From contig CP166615.1 in NCBI GenBank assembly GCA_041937175.2, forward strand, positions 3,520,001 to 3,584,000: a DNA stretch of 64,000 nucleotides. Direction: 5' to 3'. Shown in pieces: positions 1 through 10,537 of this stretch. Both the position numbers and the translations under genes were made by a program. How positions within the stretch are numbered: the first letter of the stretch is position 1; every line of letters begins with the position of its first letter. Origin of the DNA: Limnothrix sp. BL-A-16 (GTDB lineage Bacteria; Cyanobacteriota; Cyanobacteriia; CACIAM-69d). A model generated the notes under the pieces. That model had not been told where the DNA came from and did no database searches. It was given only the letters and a program-made list of their open reading frames with translations.

Positions 1-154
1 TGAGAACTGCTCCTGAAAAATCCCGCTTGTCTTGCCTTGCTCCGGTTTTCGGCTGCTGTTTTAGCTACCTGCCAGCCCCGGTCTCTGTTCTGGTTGCTAT
101 CCAACGGTGTCAGACCCTGGGGCCGGGCGATCGCCCCTGACTCTCGCGCGGCCT

Positions 155-1171
155 ATGACCCCTGCAATTGCGATTCGGAACCTACAAAAACGCTATGGCG
201 ATGTTACCGCCGTTGATAACGTATCGCTGGAGGTGAAACCCGGCGAGATTTTTGGGCTGTTGGGCCCCAACGGCGCGGGCAAAACCACCACGATTCGCTG
301 TCTTTGTACCTTGGCCCAGCCGGACGGGGGAGAAATTTTTGTGTCGGGGGTGTCGGTGTTGCGCGAACCCCGATCGGCCCGCAAACGGTTGGGCTATGTG
401 GCGCAGGATGCTGCGCTGGACAAGGTGTTAACCGGGCGGGAAATGCTGGAGTTGCATGGCGCGCTCTATCACTTGCGACGCGAGGCGATCGGGCAGCGAA
501 TTGCGGCCATGGCAGATCTGCTGGGGCTGGGTGACTGGCTCGATCGCAAAACGGGAACCTATTCCGGCGGCATTCGCAAGCGCTTGGACTTGGCCACGGG
601 GCTGCTCCACGAGCCAGATGTGCTGGTGTTGGATGAACCCACGGCGGGGCTGGATATTGAAAGCCGGATGGCCGTGTGGGAGTTTTTGCGGAAGTTGCCC
701 CAGTGGGGGACAACGGTTTTGATCACCAGCCATTACCTGGAAGAGATTGATGCGCTGGCCGATCGCGTGGCCATTCTGGATCAAGGCCAGGTGATTGCCT
801 TGGGCACACCGTCGGAGTTGAAGGCTCGGTTGGGGGGCGATCGAATTTCCCTGCGCATTCGGGAGTTTACCCCCGCTGCCGAGGCGGAGACGGCCCAAAC
901 CCTGCTAACGGCGCTGCCCTGTGTCAAGGATGCGATGATCAACCGGAGCCAGGGAAATACGCTGAATTTGGTGGTGGATGATCTCGATCGGGGGTTGCCC
1001 CTGGTGCAGCAGGCCTTGGAGCAGGCGGGGTTGCCGGTGTTTGGCATTGCCCAATCGCGCCCGAGTTTGGATGATGTTTATCTGGCTGCGACGGGCCGGA
1101 CATTGCTCGATGCAGATTTGGCAGCGGGCGATCGGGATCCCAAGCTGGCCCGCAAACAGAATATGCGCTAG
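155..1171 (+). CDS. ABC exporter ATP-binding subunit (DrrA/NodI-like)
   Basis: Walker A GPNGAGKT, signature YSGG, Walker B LVLDEPT; ATG at 155 preferred over GTG at 107. Confidence 0.9.
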   Translation: MTPAIAIRNLQKRYGDVTAVDNVSLEVKPGEIFGLLGPNGAGKTTTIRCLCTLAQPDGGEIFVSGVSVLREPRSARKRLGYVAQDAALDKVLTGREMLELHGALYHLRREAIGQRIAAMADLLGLGDWLDRKTGTYSGGIRKRLDLATGLLHEPDVLVLDEPTAGLDIESRMAVWEFLRKLPQWGTTVLITSHYLEEIDALADRVAILDQGQVIALGTPSELKARLGGDRISLRIREFTPAAEAETAQTLLTALPCVKDAMINRSQGNTLNLVVDDLDRGLPLVQQALEQAGLPVFGIAQSRPSLDDVYLAATGRTLLDADLAAGDRDPKLARKQNMR

Positions 1172-1235
1172 ACCCTAGACCATACTTCCCCAAGTTTCCA
1201 GTTCCCTACATTCACCCCCATCCCCCTCAACCGTC

Positions 1236-2102
1236 ATGAGCACGACTTTGCCCACGGACAGTCCCACCCGATCGCCCGCCTTGGAACCCTCACCCCTGGC
1301 GGAATTTTGGCAAGAAACGGCGGCCCTGCTGCGGCGATTGTTGATTCAACTGCAACGGCGGCCGGTGACCTTGGTGGCCGGCACGATTCAGCCCCTGATG
1401 TGGTTGGTGTTGTTTGGGGCCCTGTTCCAAAACGTCCCGGCCGATTTGTTTGGCGATCATGTGGGCTATGGGCAGTTTTTGGGGGCAGGGACGATCGCCT
1501 TTGCGGCCTTTAGCGGGGCGCTGAATGCGGGCTTGCCGGTGATGTTCGATCGGGAATTTGGCTTTCTGAATCGGTTGTTGGTGGCTCCCTTGGTGTCGCG
1601 CTTTTCGATCATCACCGCCTCGGCCCTGTACATCGGCTTGCTGGCCTTGATCCAAACCGTGGCGATCGTGATTGCGGCGGCTGTTTTGGGGGCTGGGCTG
1701 CCGGGGGTGGCGGGGTTGGCCGTGGTCGGGGCGATCGTGCTGCTGTTGGTGGCGGGGGTCACCTCCCTCAGCTTGGGGCTGGCCTTTGCGCTGCCGGGCC
1801 ATGTGGAATTAATTGCCGCCATTTTTATCACCAACCTGCCCCTGCTCTTTGCCAGCACGGCCTTGGCTCCCCTGTCGTTCATGCCCGGTTGGCTGCAGTG
1901 GGTGGCGGTGTTGAATCCCCTGAGCTACGCGATCGAACCCATTCGCTACCTTTACCTGCATCCGGACTGGAGTTTTAGCAGCATTGTCATGCAAGCGCCG
2001 TTTGGATCGGTTAGTTTTGGTATGGCCCTCGGGGTTCTATTCATTTTTGATTTGGTGGCGATTGGGCTTGTGCGGCCATTGCTGCAACGGCGGATGGCAT
2101 AG
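1236..2102 (+). CDS. ABC-2 type permease (Ycf38-like)
   Basis: Multi-TM protein with DREFGFLNRLLVAP and NPLSYAIE motifs; follows the ATPase. Confidence 0.88.
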   Translation: MSTTLPTDSPTRSPALEPSPLAEFWQETAALLRRLLIQLQRRPVTLVAGTIQPLMWLVLFGALFQNVPADLFGDHVGYGQFLGAGTIAFAAFSGALNAGLPVMFDREFGFLNRLLVAPLVSRFSIITASALYIGLLALIQTVAIVIAAAVLGAGLPGVAGLAVVGAIVLLLVAGVTSLSLGLAFALPGHVELIAAIFITNLPLLFASTALAPLSFMPGWLQWVAVLNPLSYAIEPIRYLYLHPDWSFSSIVMQAPFGSVSFGMALGVLFIFDLVAIGLVRPLLQRRMA

Positions 2103-2135
2103 GGCATTGGAGCGCAGGAGCAGGCTAGACGTGGC

Positions 2136-2858
2136 ATGGAGCAAAATTTAAAAGACAAGCTGGATTGCTTTTTAGGATCCCCCTATGGACGCACGATGCT
2201 GGGGGAATACAATTACCTCCACGCCTCGGAATGGTTGCAACAATATTGCGAAGCAGCCGGCGCAATCGCTAATCTGCCGGATTGGTTGCTCCTTCTGTTG
2301 GAATTGGGGCAAGAGTCGGCGGAAATTTTTGCAAGTTTGACCGATGCCGGAACCTTAGAGACCGATCGCAAAACCATGTCTCTGTTGCTGGAGCGGCGGG
2401 GGCCCCTCTTGGCCCAAACCAGCGGCCGGCTGCGACAGACCTTGGAACTCCATCGCCCGGGCCTTGACCTCAGCCAGGATGCGATCGAAGACGCTAGCCT
2501 ATTGGCATCAACCCATCCATCGCGATCGGGGTTGGCGGGTTCCGGCCGTCGCGACAACCGCGACAACCGCGACAACATTGTTAACCGCGACAACCGCGAC
2601 AACATTGTTAACCGCAACCACTGGGAACCGAAGGCGGACTTTTTGCCTCACAGTGAAAGACGGGTGATTGGCGATGTGGGGGGCACACCTCTGCTGTTGG
2701 TGGGCTATGAAAAAAACCAGTCCCGATCGCCCATGGTTGCTCGCGCCACTTCCGGTAACCCTCAACAGGATTCACTGTTTGCGGTTCCCCTGTCCGATCT
2801 GCTGGTGCATTCTAACGAACCCGTTAATATCCCTGAATTGGAGTTAGCCGAATCATGA
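2136..2858 (+). CDS. hypothetical protein with internal RDN repeats
   Basis: 240-aa ATG ORF in the same gene run; stop overlaps next start (ATGA). Confidence 0.6.
   Translation: MEQNLKDKLDCFLGSPYGRTMLGEYNYLHASEWLQQYCEAAGAIANLPDWLLLLLELGQESAEIFASLTDAGTLETDRKTMSLLLERRGPLLAQTSGRLRQTLELHRPGLDLSQDAIEDASLLASTHPSRSGLAGSGRRDNRDNRDNIVNRDNRDNIVNRNHWEPKADFLPHSERRVIGDVGGTPLLLVGYEKNQSRSPMVARATSGNPQQDSLFAVPLSDLLVHSNEPVNIPELELAES
2549..2620 (+). repeat. in-frame 9-bp/27-bp tandem repeat (CGCGACAAC)
   Basis: cgcgacaac x3, attgttaac, cgcgacaac x2, attgttaac; encodes RDNRDNRDNIVN... Confidence 0.9.
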
Positions 2859-3226
2859 GCCATCCCTTGATCGCTCCCTCGATCGCCTGGTTGTCGGGAT
2901 CCTCGATCATCACCATCTTGAGCATTCTGGCCTTGGGCAGCAACCCCGCGATCGCCCAATCCTCGGCCCTGGGTGACCCGAATGCTAATGGGTCGTCCGG
3001 TGATGTGCGCCCCAATGAAGTGTTTCAAGGCTCTGGTGTTTCTGCCCAAGACTTGATTCGCAATATCATGTTGGCCCCGGGGCAAACCCTGGATGATTTC
3101 AATCAACAACAATCGGGACGGATTGACAACGCTGCCAATGAATTTTTGCGCCAGCGCCAGCAGCGATTGGAACAAAACGGCCAAGGCGGTGCGAGCGTGA
3201 CCCCCAGCAGCCCCACTCGCAATTAA
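2855..3226 (+). CDS. putative exported hypothetical protein
   Basis: Hydrophobic N-terminus ending PAIA-Q (signal-peptide-like). Confidence 0.7.
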   Translation: MSHPLIAPSIAWLSGSSIITILSILALGSNPAIAQSSALGDPNANGSSGDVRPNEVFQGSGVSAQDLIRNIMLAPGQTLDDFNQQQSGRIDNAANEFLRQRQQRLEQNGQGGASVTPSSPTRN

Positions 3227-3241
3227 TTTGCAATATTGTTA

Positions 3242-3447
3242 GGGCCTGTCGTTATGGCTGGGGATCCAGTGGAAACGGTTAATTTTCCAAGCCCCAACCG
3301 TCGTAACAAGGGGCTTAAGCCCCTGGTCTCCCACAATCCGCTAACGAAGAAATCAGGGTTTCAGGTGATTTGGCAACAAGCCCTCAGCCTTTTCCCACGA
3401 TCCGCTAACGGAGGAATCGCAGTTGCGGACGATTTGACGACAGGCCT
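3242..3447. mobile_element. MITE-like element with imperfect 13-bp TIRs and internal CAAGGGGCTTAAGCCCC palindrome
   Basis: TA|GGGCCTGTCGTTA...TGACGACAGGCCT|TA; interior homologous to 10417-10525 and, inverted, to 49015-49369. Confidence 0.7.
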
Positions 3448-3451
3448 TAAC

Positions 3452-3489
3452 AAAACCCCGTCGATCGAGACTCGATCGAGCGGGGCTTT
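3452..3489 (-). terminator. rho-independent terminator downstream of ilvD
   Basis: Hairpin CCCCG-TCGATCGAG/CTCGATCGA-G-CGGGG followed by a T run on the minus strand. Confidence 0.65.
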
Positions 3490-3567
3490 GCAGATCTGAA
3501 TAATGATCGGAAATAACTGGGTGGATTGGGTCGCGCTGAATTGCTGAATTGACCCAGCCCCCAACCC

Positions 3568-5253
3568 TTACAGCAAGTTCAAATCCGTCACGGCTCCCAA
3601 GCTGCTGGAAGAGACCAACTTGGCATATTTCGCCAACGTACCTCGCTTGTAGCGTGGTTCCGGCGGTTGCCAGTTGGCCCGGCGGGCCGCCAGTTCCTCA
3701 TCGGACAGATTCAGTTGCAACTTGCGGTTGGGCGCATCGATCGTGATGCTGTCACCCTCTTGCACCAGGGCGATCGTGCCACCCACGGCCGCCTCGGGAG
3801 CCACGTGACCCACCACCATGCCATAGGTTCCACCCGAGAAGCGCCCATCGGTGATCAGTCCCACCGAGTCGCCCAGACCCGCACCGATGATCGCCGCCGT
3901 CGGAGCCAACATCTCCCGCATTCCGGGGCCACCCTTGGGCCCTTCATAGCGAATTACCACCACATCACCGGGGTTGATTTGATTTGCCAAGATCGCCTTT
4001 AAGCAATCCTCTTCCGACTCAAACACCCGCGCCGGGCCGGTGATCACGGGATTCTTCACGCCGCTGATTTTGGCCACGGAACCTTCGCTGGCCAGGTTGC
4101 CCTTCAGGATCGCCAAGTGACCCTGTTGATAAAGGGGTTTGTCGAAGGGACGGATGACATCTTGGTCGGGGCGTGGTTCGTCGGAGATCTCTGCCAGGGT
4201 TTCCGCGATCGTCTTGCCGGTGATTGTCAAGCAATCCCCATGCAGCAGCCCCCGATTCAGCAGAACTTTCATCACTTGGGGGATGCCGCCGGCCTTGTGC
4301 AAGTCCGTGGCCACATAGCGACCGCTGGGCTTCAGGTCGCAGAAGACGGGCACGCGGGCGCGGATTTCTTCAAAGTCGTCCAGGGTGAGGGGCACGCCGA
4401 TCGTGTTGGCGATCGCCAGCAGGTGCAAGACCGAGTTGGTGGAACCACCCACGGCCATGATCACGGAAATGGCGTTTTCAAAGGCCTTGCGGGTCAAGAT
4501 TTGCTTGGGCGTGCGGCGGGCTTTGATCGCTTCGGCCAACACGCGGGCAGACTCGGCCGCGCTGGCGGTCTTCTCGTCATCCTCAGCGGCCATGGTTGAG
4601 GAGTAGGGCAGGCTCATGCCCATGGCCTCGTAGGCGCTGGACATGGTGTTGGCGGTGAACATGCCGCCGCAGGAACCCGCACCGGGACAGGCGTTGTGTT
4701 CCACGGCCATCAGCCGGGCTTCGTCAATTTTGCCAGCGCTGAATTGGCCCACGGCTTCAAAGGCGCTGACGACGGTGAGATCTTCGCCATGCAAATGGCC
4801 GGGTTTGATCGTGCCGCCATAGACGAAGATGGCGGGAATATCCAAGCGGGCCATGGCGATCATGGCTCCGGGCATGTTCTTATCGCAACCGCCGATCGCC
4901 AGGATGCCATCCAGGCTTTGGCCATTGCAGACGGTTTCGATCGAGTCGGCAATTACGTCCCGCGACACCAGGGAATATTTCATCCCTTCGGTGCCCATGG
5001 AAATTCCGTCACTGATCGTGATCGTGCCGAAAATTTGGGGCATCACGCCAGCTTCGCGGGCTGCAGCCATGGCGCTGTCGGCCAGGGTGGCAATGCCCAT
5101 GTTGCAGGGGGTGATGGTGCTGTAGGCGCTGGCGATGCCGACGATCGGTTTGCTGAAGTCATTGTCACCAAAGCCCACTGCACGGAGCATGGCGCGGTTG
5201 GGCGATCGCTGCACACCGCTGGTGACCTGTTGGCTGCGGAAATTGTCGGACAT
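3568..5253 (-). CDS. ilvD: dihydroxy-acid dehydratase
   Basis: [23 protein letters not shown] and LITDGRFSG motifs. Confidence 0.97.
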   Translation of the reverse strand: MSDNFRSQQVTSGVQRSPNRAMLRAVGFGDNDFSKPIVGIASAYSTITPCNMGIATLADSAMAAAREAGVMPQIFGTITISDGISMGTEGMKYSLVSRDVIADSIETVCNGQSLDGILAIGGCDKNMPGAMIAMARLDIPAIFVYGGTIKPGHLHGEDLTVVSAFEAVGQFSAGKIDEARLMAVEHNACPGAGSCGGMFTANTMSSAYEAMGMSLPYSSTMAAEDDEKTASAAESARVLAEAIKARRTPKQILTRKAFENAISVIMAVGGSTNSVLHLLAIANTIGVPLTLDDFEEIRARVPVFCDLKPSGRYVATDLHKAGGIPQVMKVLLNRGLLHGDCLTITGKTIAETLAEISDEPRPDQDVIRPFDKPLYQQGHLAILKGNLASEGSVAKISGVKNPVITGPARVFESEEDCLKAILANQINPGDVVVIRYEGPKGGPGMREMLAPTAAIIGAGLGDSVGLITDGRFSGGTYGMVVGHVAPEAAVGGTIALVQEGDSITIDAPNRKLQLNLSDEELAARRANWQPPEPRYKRGTLAKYAKLVSSSSLGAVTDLNLL

Positions 5254-5350
5254 GGGGTTTTGCTCTCTCTAGCCGATCCAGAAAAGCGATCTTTTATTGT
5301 CGCACTGGGTCTGGCGAATCAAGCTGATCAAATCCCGATCGCCTGGTTTC

Positions 5351-6325
5351 TTAATGGTTTGGCTGGCTTGGAGAACTGGGATGGCTTGGTTTGGGGCTGA
5401 TGGGATCGAGGGTTGATGCCCCAGTCGGTGGATTGGCGGTTTTACGGTTGGGTTGATTACGGGTTTTACTGCTGGGTTTGCCGTTGGCCAAGACGCGATC
5501 GCCTTCGGTGATCTCGGAGCCTGGCAGGGGTGCGGTGGTGAAGCGATCGACCGCCAATTGCAGATAATCCGCTTCTTTTTCGATGCCAATAAAGGCGCGA
5601 TCAACTCGTAGGGCCGAAAGGCCCGTCGTGCCGCTGCCGCTGAAGGGATCGAGTACCAGGTCTCCCGGATTAGTGCTGGCGGAAAGGATTCGATCGAGTA
5701 AATCCAACGGCTTTTGAGTGGGGTGTTTGCCTTGCAATTTCTCCGAAGCCGGTGGGGTGGGAATTGACCAAACACTCCGCATTTGTCGGCCAGAAAGCTT
5801 GAGGGGATCGCGTGGAAAATCTCCCAGCTTCATGGCTTCGTAGTTAAAGACATGTTTTCCCTTTTTGCTTTTACGGGCCCAAATTAGGGTTTCATGGCTG
5901 GCTGTGAAAAAGCGGCAGGATAAATTAGGGCTGGCGTTGGGTTTGTACCAACAAATATCATTCAAAACATGGAAATCCAAACATTGCAGCGCAAAGCCAC
6001 AGGCGTAGATATTGTGATAGGTTCCTGAAATCCAAATTGTGCCATTGGGTTTCAAGATCCGCCGACATTCTTGAATCCAAGCGCGGTGAAATTCAAAATC
6101 CTGTTCAATGCCATTGCTGCGATCCCAATCGCCTTTATTGACACTGACAGCCCGGCCGCCATGGCAGGTAAACCCGTTATTAGACAGGTTATAGGGCGGA
6201 TCGGCAAAGATTAGATCCACACTATTGGCCGGGAACAGGGGCAAAATTTCAAGGCAATCGCCCTGGTAAAGGGTGCATCGATCGCGCTGGTAGAACGGCT
6301 GGACTGCCACAAAAGGCTCGGACAT
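5351..6325 (-). CDS. beta-class N6/N4 DNA methyltransferase, DpnA-like
   Basis: IFADPPY precedes DPFSGSGTT; SVNKGDWD and KHPTQKP resemble DpnA-type enzymes. Confidence 0.88.
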   Translation of the reverse strand: MSEPFVAVQPFYQRDRCTLYQGDCLEILPLFPANSVDLIFADPPYNLSNNGFTCHGGRAVSVNKGDWDRSNGIEQDFEFHRAWIQECRRILKPNGTIWISGTYHNIYACGFALQCLDFHVLNDICWYKPNASPNLSCRFFTASHETLIWARKSKKGKHVFNYEAMKLGDFPRDPLKLSGRQMRSVWSIPTPPASEKLQGKHPTQKPLDLLDRILSASTNPGDLVLDPFSGSGTTGLSALRVDRAFIGIEKEADYLQLAVDRFTTAPLPGSEITEGDRVLANGKPSSKTRNQPNRKTANPPTGASTLDPISPKPSHPSSPSQPNH

Positions 6326-6907
6326 GGTTCTAGGCCCAACGACACACCAAAAGGAAGGCTGGAACGGGACAAAACCACGCCCCGATCGATACAGAAAAAT
6401 CAGCTTATCGAGAAAACAAGATTGTGGCTAGCTAAATCCGCTGCTTAAACTTAGTCGCAAACCTAATCTAAACCGTTGGTTAACTCTACTATCAACCCTA
6501 ATCTAATGCAGGGAACCGTAGCTAGGTTAGCCAGAAAATAACAATCTGGCTAGGTAATTTGCCAATTCTGTTGACTGATCAATGGGCTAATCTTGACGCT
6601 GGGCCAGCTCTTGAGGGCTTTTGGGAAACGACAAATCGAGACCGATGCCGCTGTGAACTGCCTGAAAATTTTGAAATGGGAGCCAAGTTGTTGTCGGAGG
6701 GCATCCACTGCCACCGGCTGATGGGCGATCGCCCGCCGAGTGAGTCGCGATCGCCGGTTAACAAGCCGGTTCAGTTGATTGGGCCGGTCAAATGATTGGG
6801 CCGATTGAACCGATCGAACCGAACCAACGGATTGCGCCAAGACTTCATGGGCAAATTGGGCCGCTGGGCCCGTTATGGAAGGGGATGCTCAATGGTCTAA
6901 CGGTTGA

Positions 6908-7963
6908 TTAACCCCACCGATCGTCGCCTTTGCCCAAGGGTTCGTCCAGGGCCATTTGTTCGATCGCGCTGGCAATTTTTAGGGCCTTCAGGGCCTGTTC
7001 ACCGCCGATCGAGGGTTGCATCTCGCCCCGCACACAGTTCACAAAGTGCTCCAATTCCGCATGGAGCGGCTCCGTGTTCCCGATCGCCACTGACTCGATC
7101 GACCCATCCAATCGATAGCAAGCCTGACCGGCGCGATCGCCCGCCGGATAGCTGGAAGTTTTGCGATGAACCAAAATTTGACGCGCCAAGAAATCCGCCT
7201 CCACCAACGAATCTTGGCAATGGGCGGCAATTCGGCGAATTTTGCGGTGGGTCACCTTGCTGGCCGTCAGGGTGGCCACAATTCCATTGGCAAAACCCAG
7301 GGTTGCCGTCACATAGTCCAACTGACCGGAAGCGGCCCGGCTGCCGCTGGCCGACAGACGCACCACCGATGAGTTGGCAATTTCCAAAATCAGATCAATG
7401 TCATGGATCATCAAGTCCAACACCACCGACACATCATTGGCGCGATCGGCGTGGGGACTCATGCGATGGGCTTCGAGCGCTAACACCCGCTCCGTTTTCA
7501 GAACATTGAAGCATTCTTGAAACGTGGGGTTAAACCGTTCGATATGTCCCACCAGCAAAATGCATTGACGTTCAGCCGCCGCATTCACCAAGGCCTCCGC
7601 TTCAATGATGCTGGCGGCGATCGGTTTTTCCATGAGCACATGCACCCCGGCCCGCAGGCAGTCCATGCCCACGGTGTAGTGCAGCTTGGTGGGAACCGCG
7701 ATGCAAACCGCATCCACCAACGGCAGCATGTCTTTGTAGTCTTCAAAAAACCGGACGCGGTATTTGCTGGCCAGTTCCAGCCCCCGCTCCACATTCAGAT
7801 CTGAAATTCCCACCAATTCGGCATCCTTAAGCAAGCTCAGGATCCGGGCGTGGTGTTGTCCCATGTTGCCGACCCCGATCGCGCCAACGCGGATGGGATG
7901 GTGGCTCGGCCGGGCGAGGGCAGGCCGAATTTGAGCATCGAGCGATTCGCTACGGGATTGCAC
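6908..7963 (-). CDS. Gfo/Idh/MocA family oxidoreductase
   Basis: GVGNMG, HVLMEKP, GHIERFNP and DLMIHDID motifs. Confidence 0.92.
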   Translation of the reverse strand: MQSRSESLDAQIRPALARPSHHPIRVGAIGVGNMGQHHARILSLLKDAELVGISDLNVERGLELASKYRVRFFEDYKDMLPLVDAVCIAVPTKLHYTVGMDCLRAGVHVLMEKPIAASIIEAEALVNAAAERQCILLVGHIERFNPTFQECFNVLKTERVLALEAHRMSPHADRANDVSVVLDLMIHDIDLILEIANSSVVRLSASGSRAASGQLDYVTATLGFANGIVATLTASKVTHRKIRRIAAHCQDSLVEADFLARQILVHRKTSSYPAGDRAGQACYRLDGSIESVAIGNTEPLHAELEHFVNCVRGEMQPSIGGEQALKALKIASAIEQMALDEPLGKGDDRWG

Positions 7964-8071
7964 GCGCGTTTAACAGCAGCAGTGAAGGGGCAATGGGGCG
8001 AGGAGTGATGCCGCCAGCGTCGGCCGGCCACATCCTACCATAGGGTGGATTTTCGCAAGAATTCTTGACCC

Positions 8072-8827
8072 ATGACCGTCGTACCGCCTGGAACTCCGGA
8101 AGCCGCCCCAACGCCCTCTGCCCGATCGCCCCAGCGCCAACCGCCCAAAGCCGTTGTGTTGCTCTCCGGTGGTTTGGACTCATCCACGGTGCTCTATCAA
8201 GCCAAGGCCGATGGTTGCGACTGCTACGCCCTGTCTTTTGATTATCAGCAACGCCACCGTCGGGAACTGCAAGCGGCTGTGGCGATCGCCCAAGCGGCCG
8301 GCGTGGTGGCCCATCAAGTGGTGCGGTTTGACCTCACCCAATGGGGTGGCTCGGCGCTGACGGATACAGCCTTGGAGTTACCCAGCGATCGCCCCCTGGA
8401 CGGCATGGCGGCGGAAATTCCGATCACCTATGTGCCGGCCCGCAACACGATCTTTTTGAGCTTTGCCCTGGCCTATGCGGAGGCGATCGACGCGCAACGG
8501 GTTTATATCGGTGTCAATGCCCTGGACTATTCCGGCTATCCCGACTGCCGACCCGACTACTTGGCGGCCATGCAGTCGGTGTTTCAGTTGGGCACGCGCC
8601 AGGGCCGGGAAGGCCAGCCGATCGAAATCGTTGCGCCCTTGGTGGAACTGCGCAAAACGGACATCATCCAACTGGGCAATCGCTTAGGTGTGCCTTGGGC
8701 GGAAACTTGGTCTTGCTATGCGGGGGGCGATCGCTCCTGTGGCCGCTGCGATTCCTGTCGGCTGCGGCTGGCGGCCTTTGCGGAATTGGGCTTAACCGAT
8801 CCAGTGCCCTACGAGGCGCATGGTTAA
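8072..8827 (+). CDS. queC: 7-cyano-7-deazaguanine synthase
   Basis: SGGLDS, YVPARN, SGYPDCR and the C-terminal Zn site TWSCY...CGRCDSC. Confidence 0.95.
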   Translation: MTVVPPGTPEAAPTPSARSPQRQPPKAVVLLSGGLDSSTVLYQAKADGCDCYALSFDYQQRHRRELQAAVAIAQAAGVVAHQVVRFDLTQWGGSALTDTALELPSDRPLDGMAAEIPITYVPARNTIFLSFALAYAEAIDAQRVYIGVNALDYSGYPDCRPDYLAAMQSVFQLGTRQGREGQPIEIVAPLVELRKTDIIQLGNRLGVPWAETWSCYAGGDRSCGRCDSCRLRLAAFAELGLTDPVPYEAHG

Positions 8828-8938
8828 GCTTGCGCATGGTTAGGCGGATACATTAGGCGGGCGCATTCCAGCAGGAGCCGATCGGCTTGTTCTGTCAGGC
8901 CGCTCGCTCGGAATTCCGCTACCATATGGGTCGCTTGA

Positions 8939-10417
8939 TTGCCATTGCTGAGCGCCAGCCCCTTTGCCGTGACCGTTTCCCGCCGCCCGATCGCCGTTGA
9001 CCTGTTTGCCGGAGCCGGAGGGATGTCCTTAGGCTTTGAAATGGCGGGGTTTGATGTGGCGGTGGCGGTGGAGATTGACCCGATTCACTGTTTAACCCAT
9101 CAGTACAACTTTCCACAGGGGGCGGTGCTTTGTCGGAGCGCGGCGGAGGTGACGGGGGCAGAAATTCGGCAGCAATTGGCGGCGGTGTTGCGGGCCGATC
9201 GCCCCAGTGATTCAGCCTTGACTCACCACGCAAAGGGCCAAACATGCCAACAGTCGATCGATCTGCTGCCGATCTCGACAACGGGCCCCAGCTTGCAACC
9301 CGCCGCGATCGAACTAGGGCTAGAAGAACCAGAACTGGAAATTGATGTGCTCTTTGGGGGGCCGCCTTGCCAGGGATTTTCGATGATGGGAAAGCGGGCC
9401 TTTGATGATCCGCGTAATGCCTTGATGTTTCACTTTGCGCGGCTGGTGAATGAGCTGCGGCCCAAATATTTCGTGATTGAAAATGTGCGGGGCATGACCC
9501 TGGGCAAACATCGAGCGTTTTTAGGCGAATTAATCAACTTATTCGCTGATTTTGGCTACCAAGTGGAGGCTAATTATCAGGTTTTGAATGCGGCCCATTA
9601 CGGCGTGCCGCAGGATCGCCAACGCTTGTTTCTGCTGGGGGCCCGATCGGGCTGGCCGCTGCCCAGCTATCCAGCCCCCCAAACTCGTCGCCCGCCGGTT
9701 TGCAAAAGTGCCAAGCGCGATCGAACCCTGGCCGATTTGCCGATTTGCCCCACCGTGGCCGGGGCGATCGGGGACTTGCCCGACGTGGATCACTATCCCG
9801 AACTGCGATCGGGCGATTGGTTGGACTCGGGCCAACTGGCCGATCCCCCCGGCGACTATGCCCGCTGGTTACGGGGCGCATTGCGGGATCCCGCTGACTT
9901 TAGCTATTCCCGCCGATCGCGCCGATCGGGCCTGTCCGGTTGTTTGCGCACCGACCACAGCGCCGCCTCAGTGGCCCGGTTCCAAACCACGCTCCCCGGC
10001 GAAGTTGATCGCATCAGTCGCTTTTTAAAACTGCATCCCGAAGGCATCTGCAACACCCTACGGGCCGGAACCCCCAGCAATCGCGGTGCGTTCACCTCGC
10101 CCCGACCCATTCACCCCATCCAAGGGCGTTGCATCACCGTGCGCGAAGCGGCCCGCCTTCACTCCTACCCCGACTGGTTCTGTTTCCATGGCACGAAATG
10201 GCATGGAATGCGGCAAATTGGTAACTCGGTGCCGCCACTGTTGGCGCGGGCCGTGGCTGCCCAGGTGCGATCGTGCCTGCCCGGCGAACCCACCTTGCCC
10301 GATCTCCCCCTCATAACCGGCGATCCTCAGTGGTTGAGCTACACCATGAGCCAAGCCGCCGATTTTTACGCCGTCAGCCGCCATGCGATCGCCCCGCGTC
10401 GCCGCCAAGGATCCTAG
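8939..10417 (+). CDS. C5 DNA cytosine methyltransferase
   Basis: DLFAGAGG, GGPPCQGFS, ENV, QDRQR, QIGNSVPP (motifs I, IV, VI, VIII, X); start uncertain. Confidence 0.93.
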   Translation: MPLLSASPFAVTVSRRPIAVDLFAGAGGMSLGFEMAGFDVAVAVEIDPIHCLTHQYNFPQGAVLCRSAAEVTGAEIRQQLAAVLRADRPSDSALTHHAKGQTCQQSIDLLPISTTGPSLQPAAIELGLEEPELEIDVLFGGPPCQGFSMMGKRAFDDPRNALMFHFARLVNELRPKYFVIENVRGMTLGKHRAFLGELINLFADFGYQVEANYQVLNAAHYGVPQDRQRLFLLGARSGWPLPSYPAPQTRRPPVCKSAKRDRTLADLPICPTVAGAIGDLPDVDHYPELRSGDWLDSGQLADPPGDYARWLRGALRDPADFSYSRRSRRSGLSGCLRTDHSAASVARFQTTLPGEVDRISRFLKLHPEGICNTLRAGTPSNRGAFTSPRPIHPIQGRCITVREAARLHSYPDWFCFHGTKWHGMRQIGNSVPPLLARAVAAQVRSCLPGEPTLPDLPLITGDPQWLSYTMSQAADFYAVSRHAIAPRRRQGS

Positions 10418-10525
10418 GGGCTGTCATCATTACGCCACCCCCCCTAGACAAGGGGCTTAAGCCCCTTGCCCCCCACGATCCGCCAACGGTGGAATCAGGG
10501 TTTCAGGCGATGTGACGACAAACCC
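10417..10525. mobile_element. short MITE-like element, same family as 3242-3447
   Basis: TA|GGGGCTGTCATCA...TGACGACAAACCC|TA; palindrome at 10449-10468. Confidence 0.6.
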
Positions 10526-10537
10526 TAGGGACTGTGC

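Noticed and set aside
8072..10417. queC beside a DNA methylase as a 7-deazaguanine DNA modification or QueC-type defence system
   Set aside because: QueC looks canonical, and no dpdA/TGT-like, qat or CBASS genes are adjacent.
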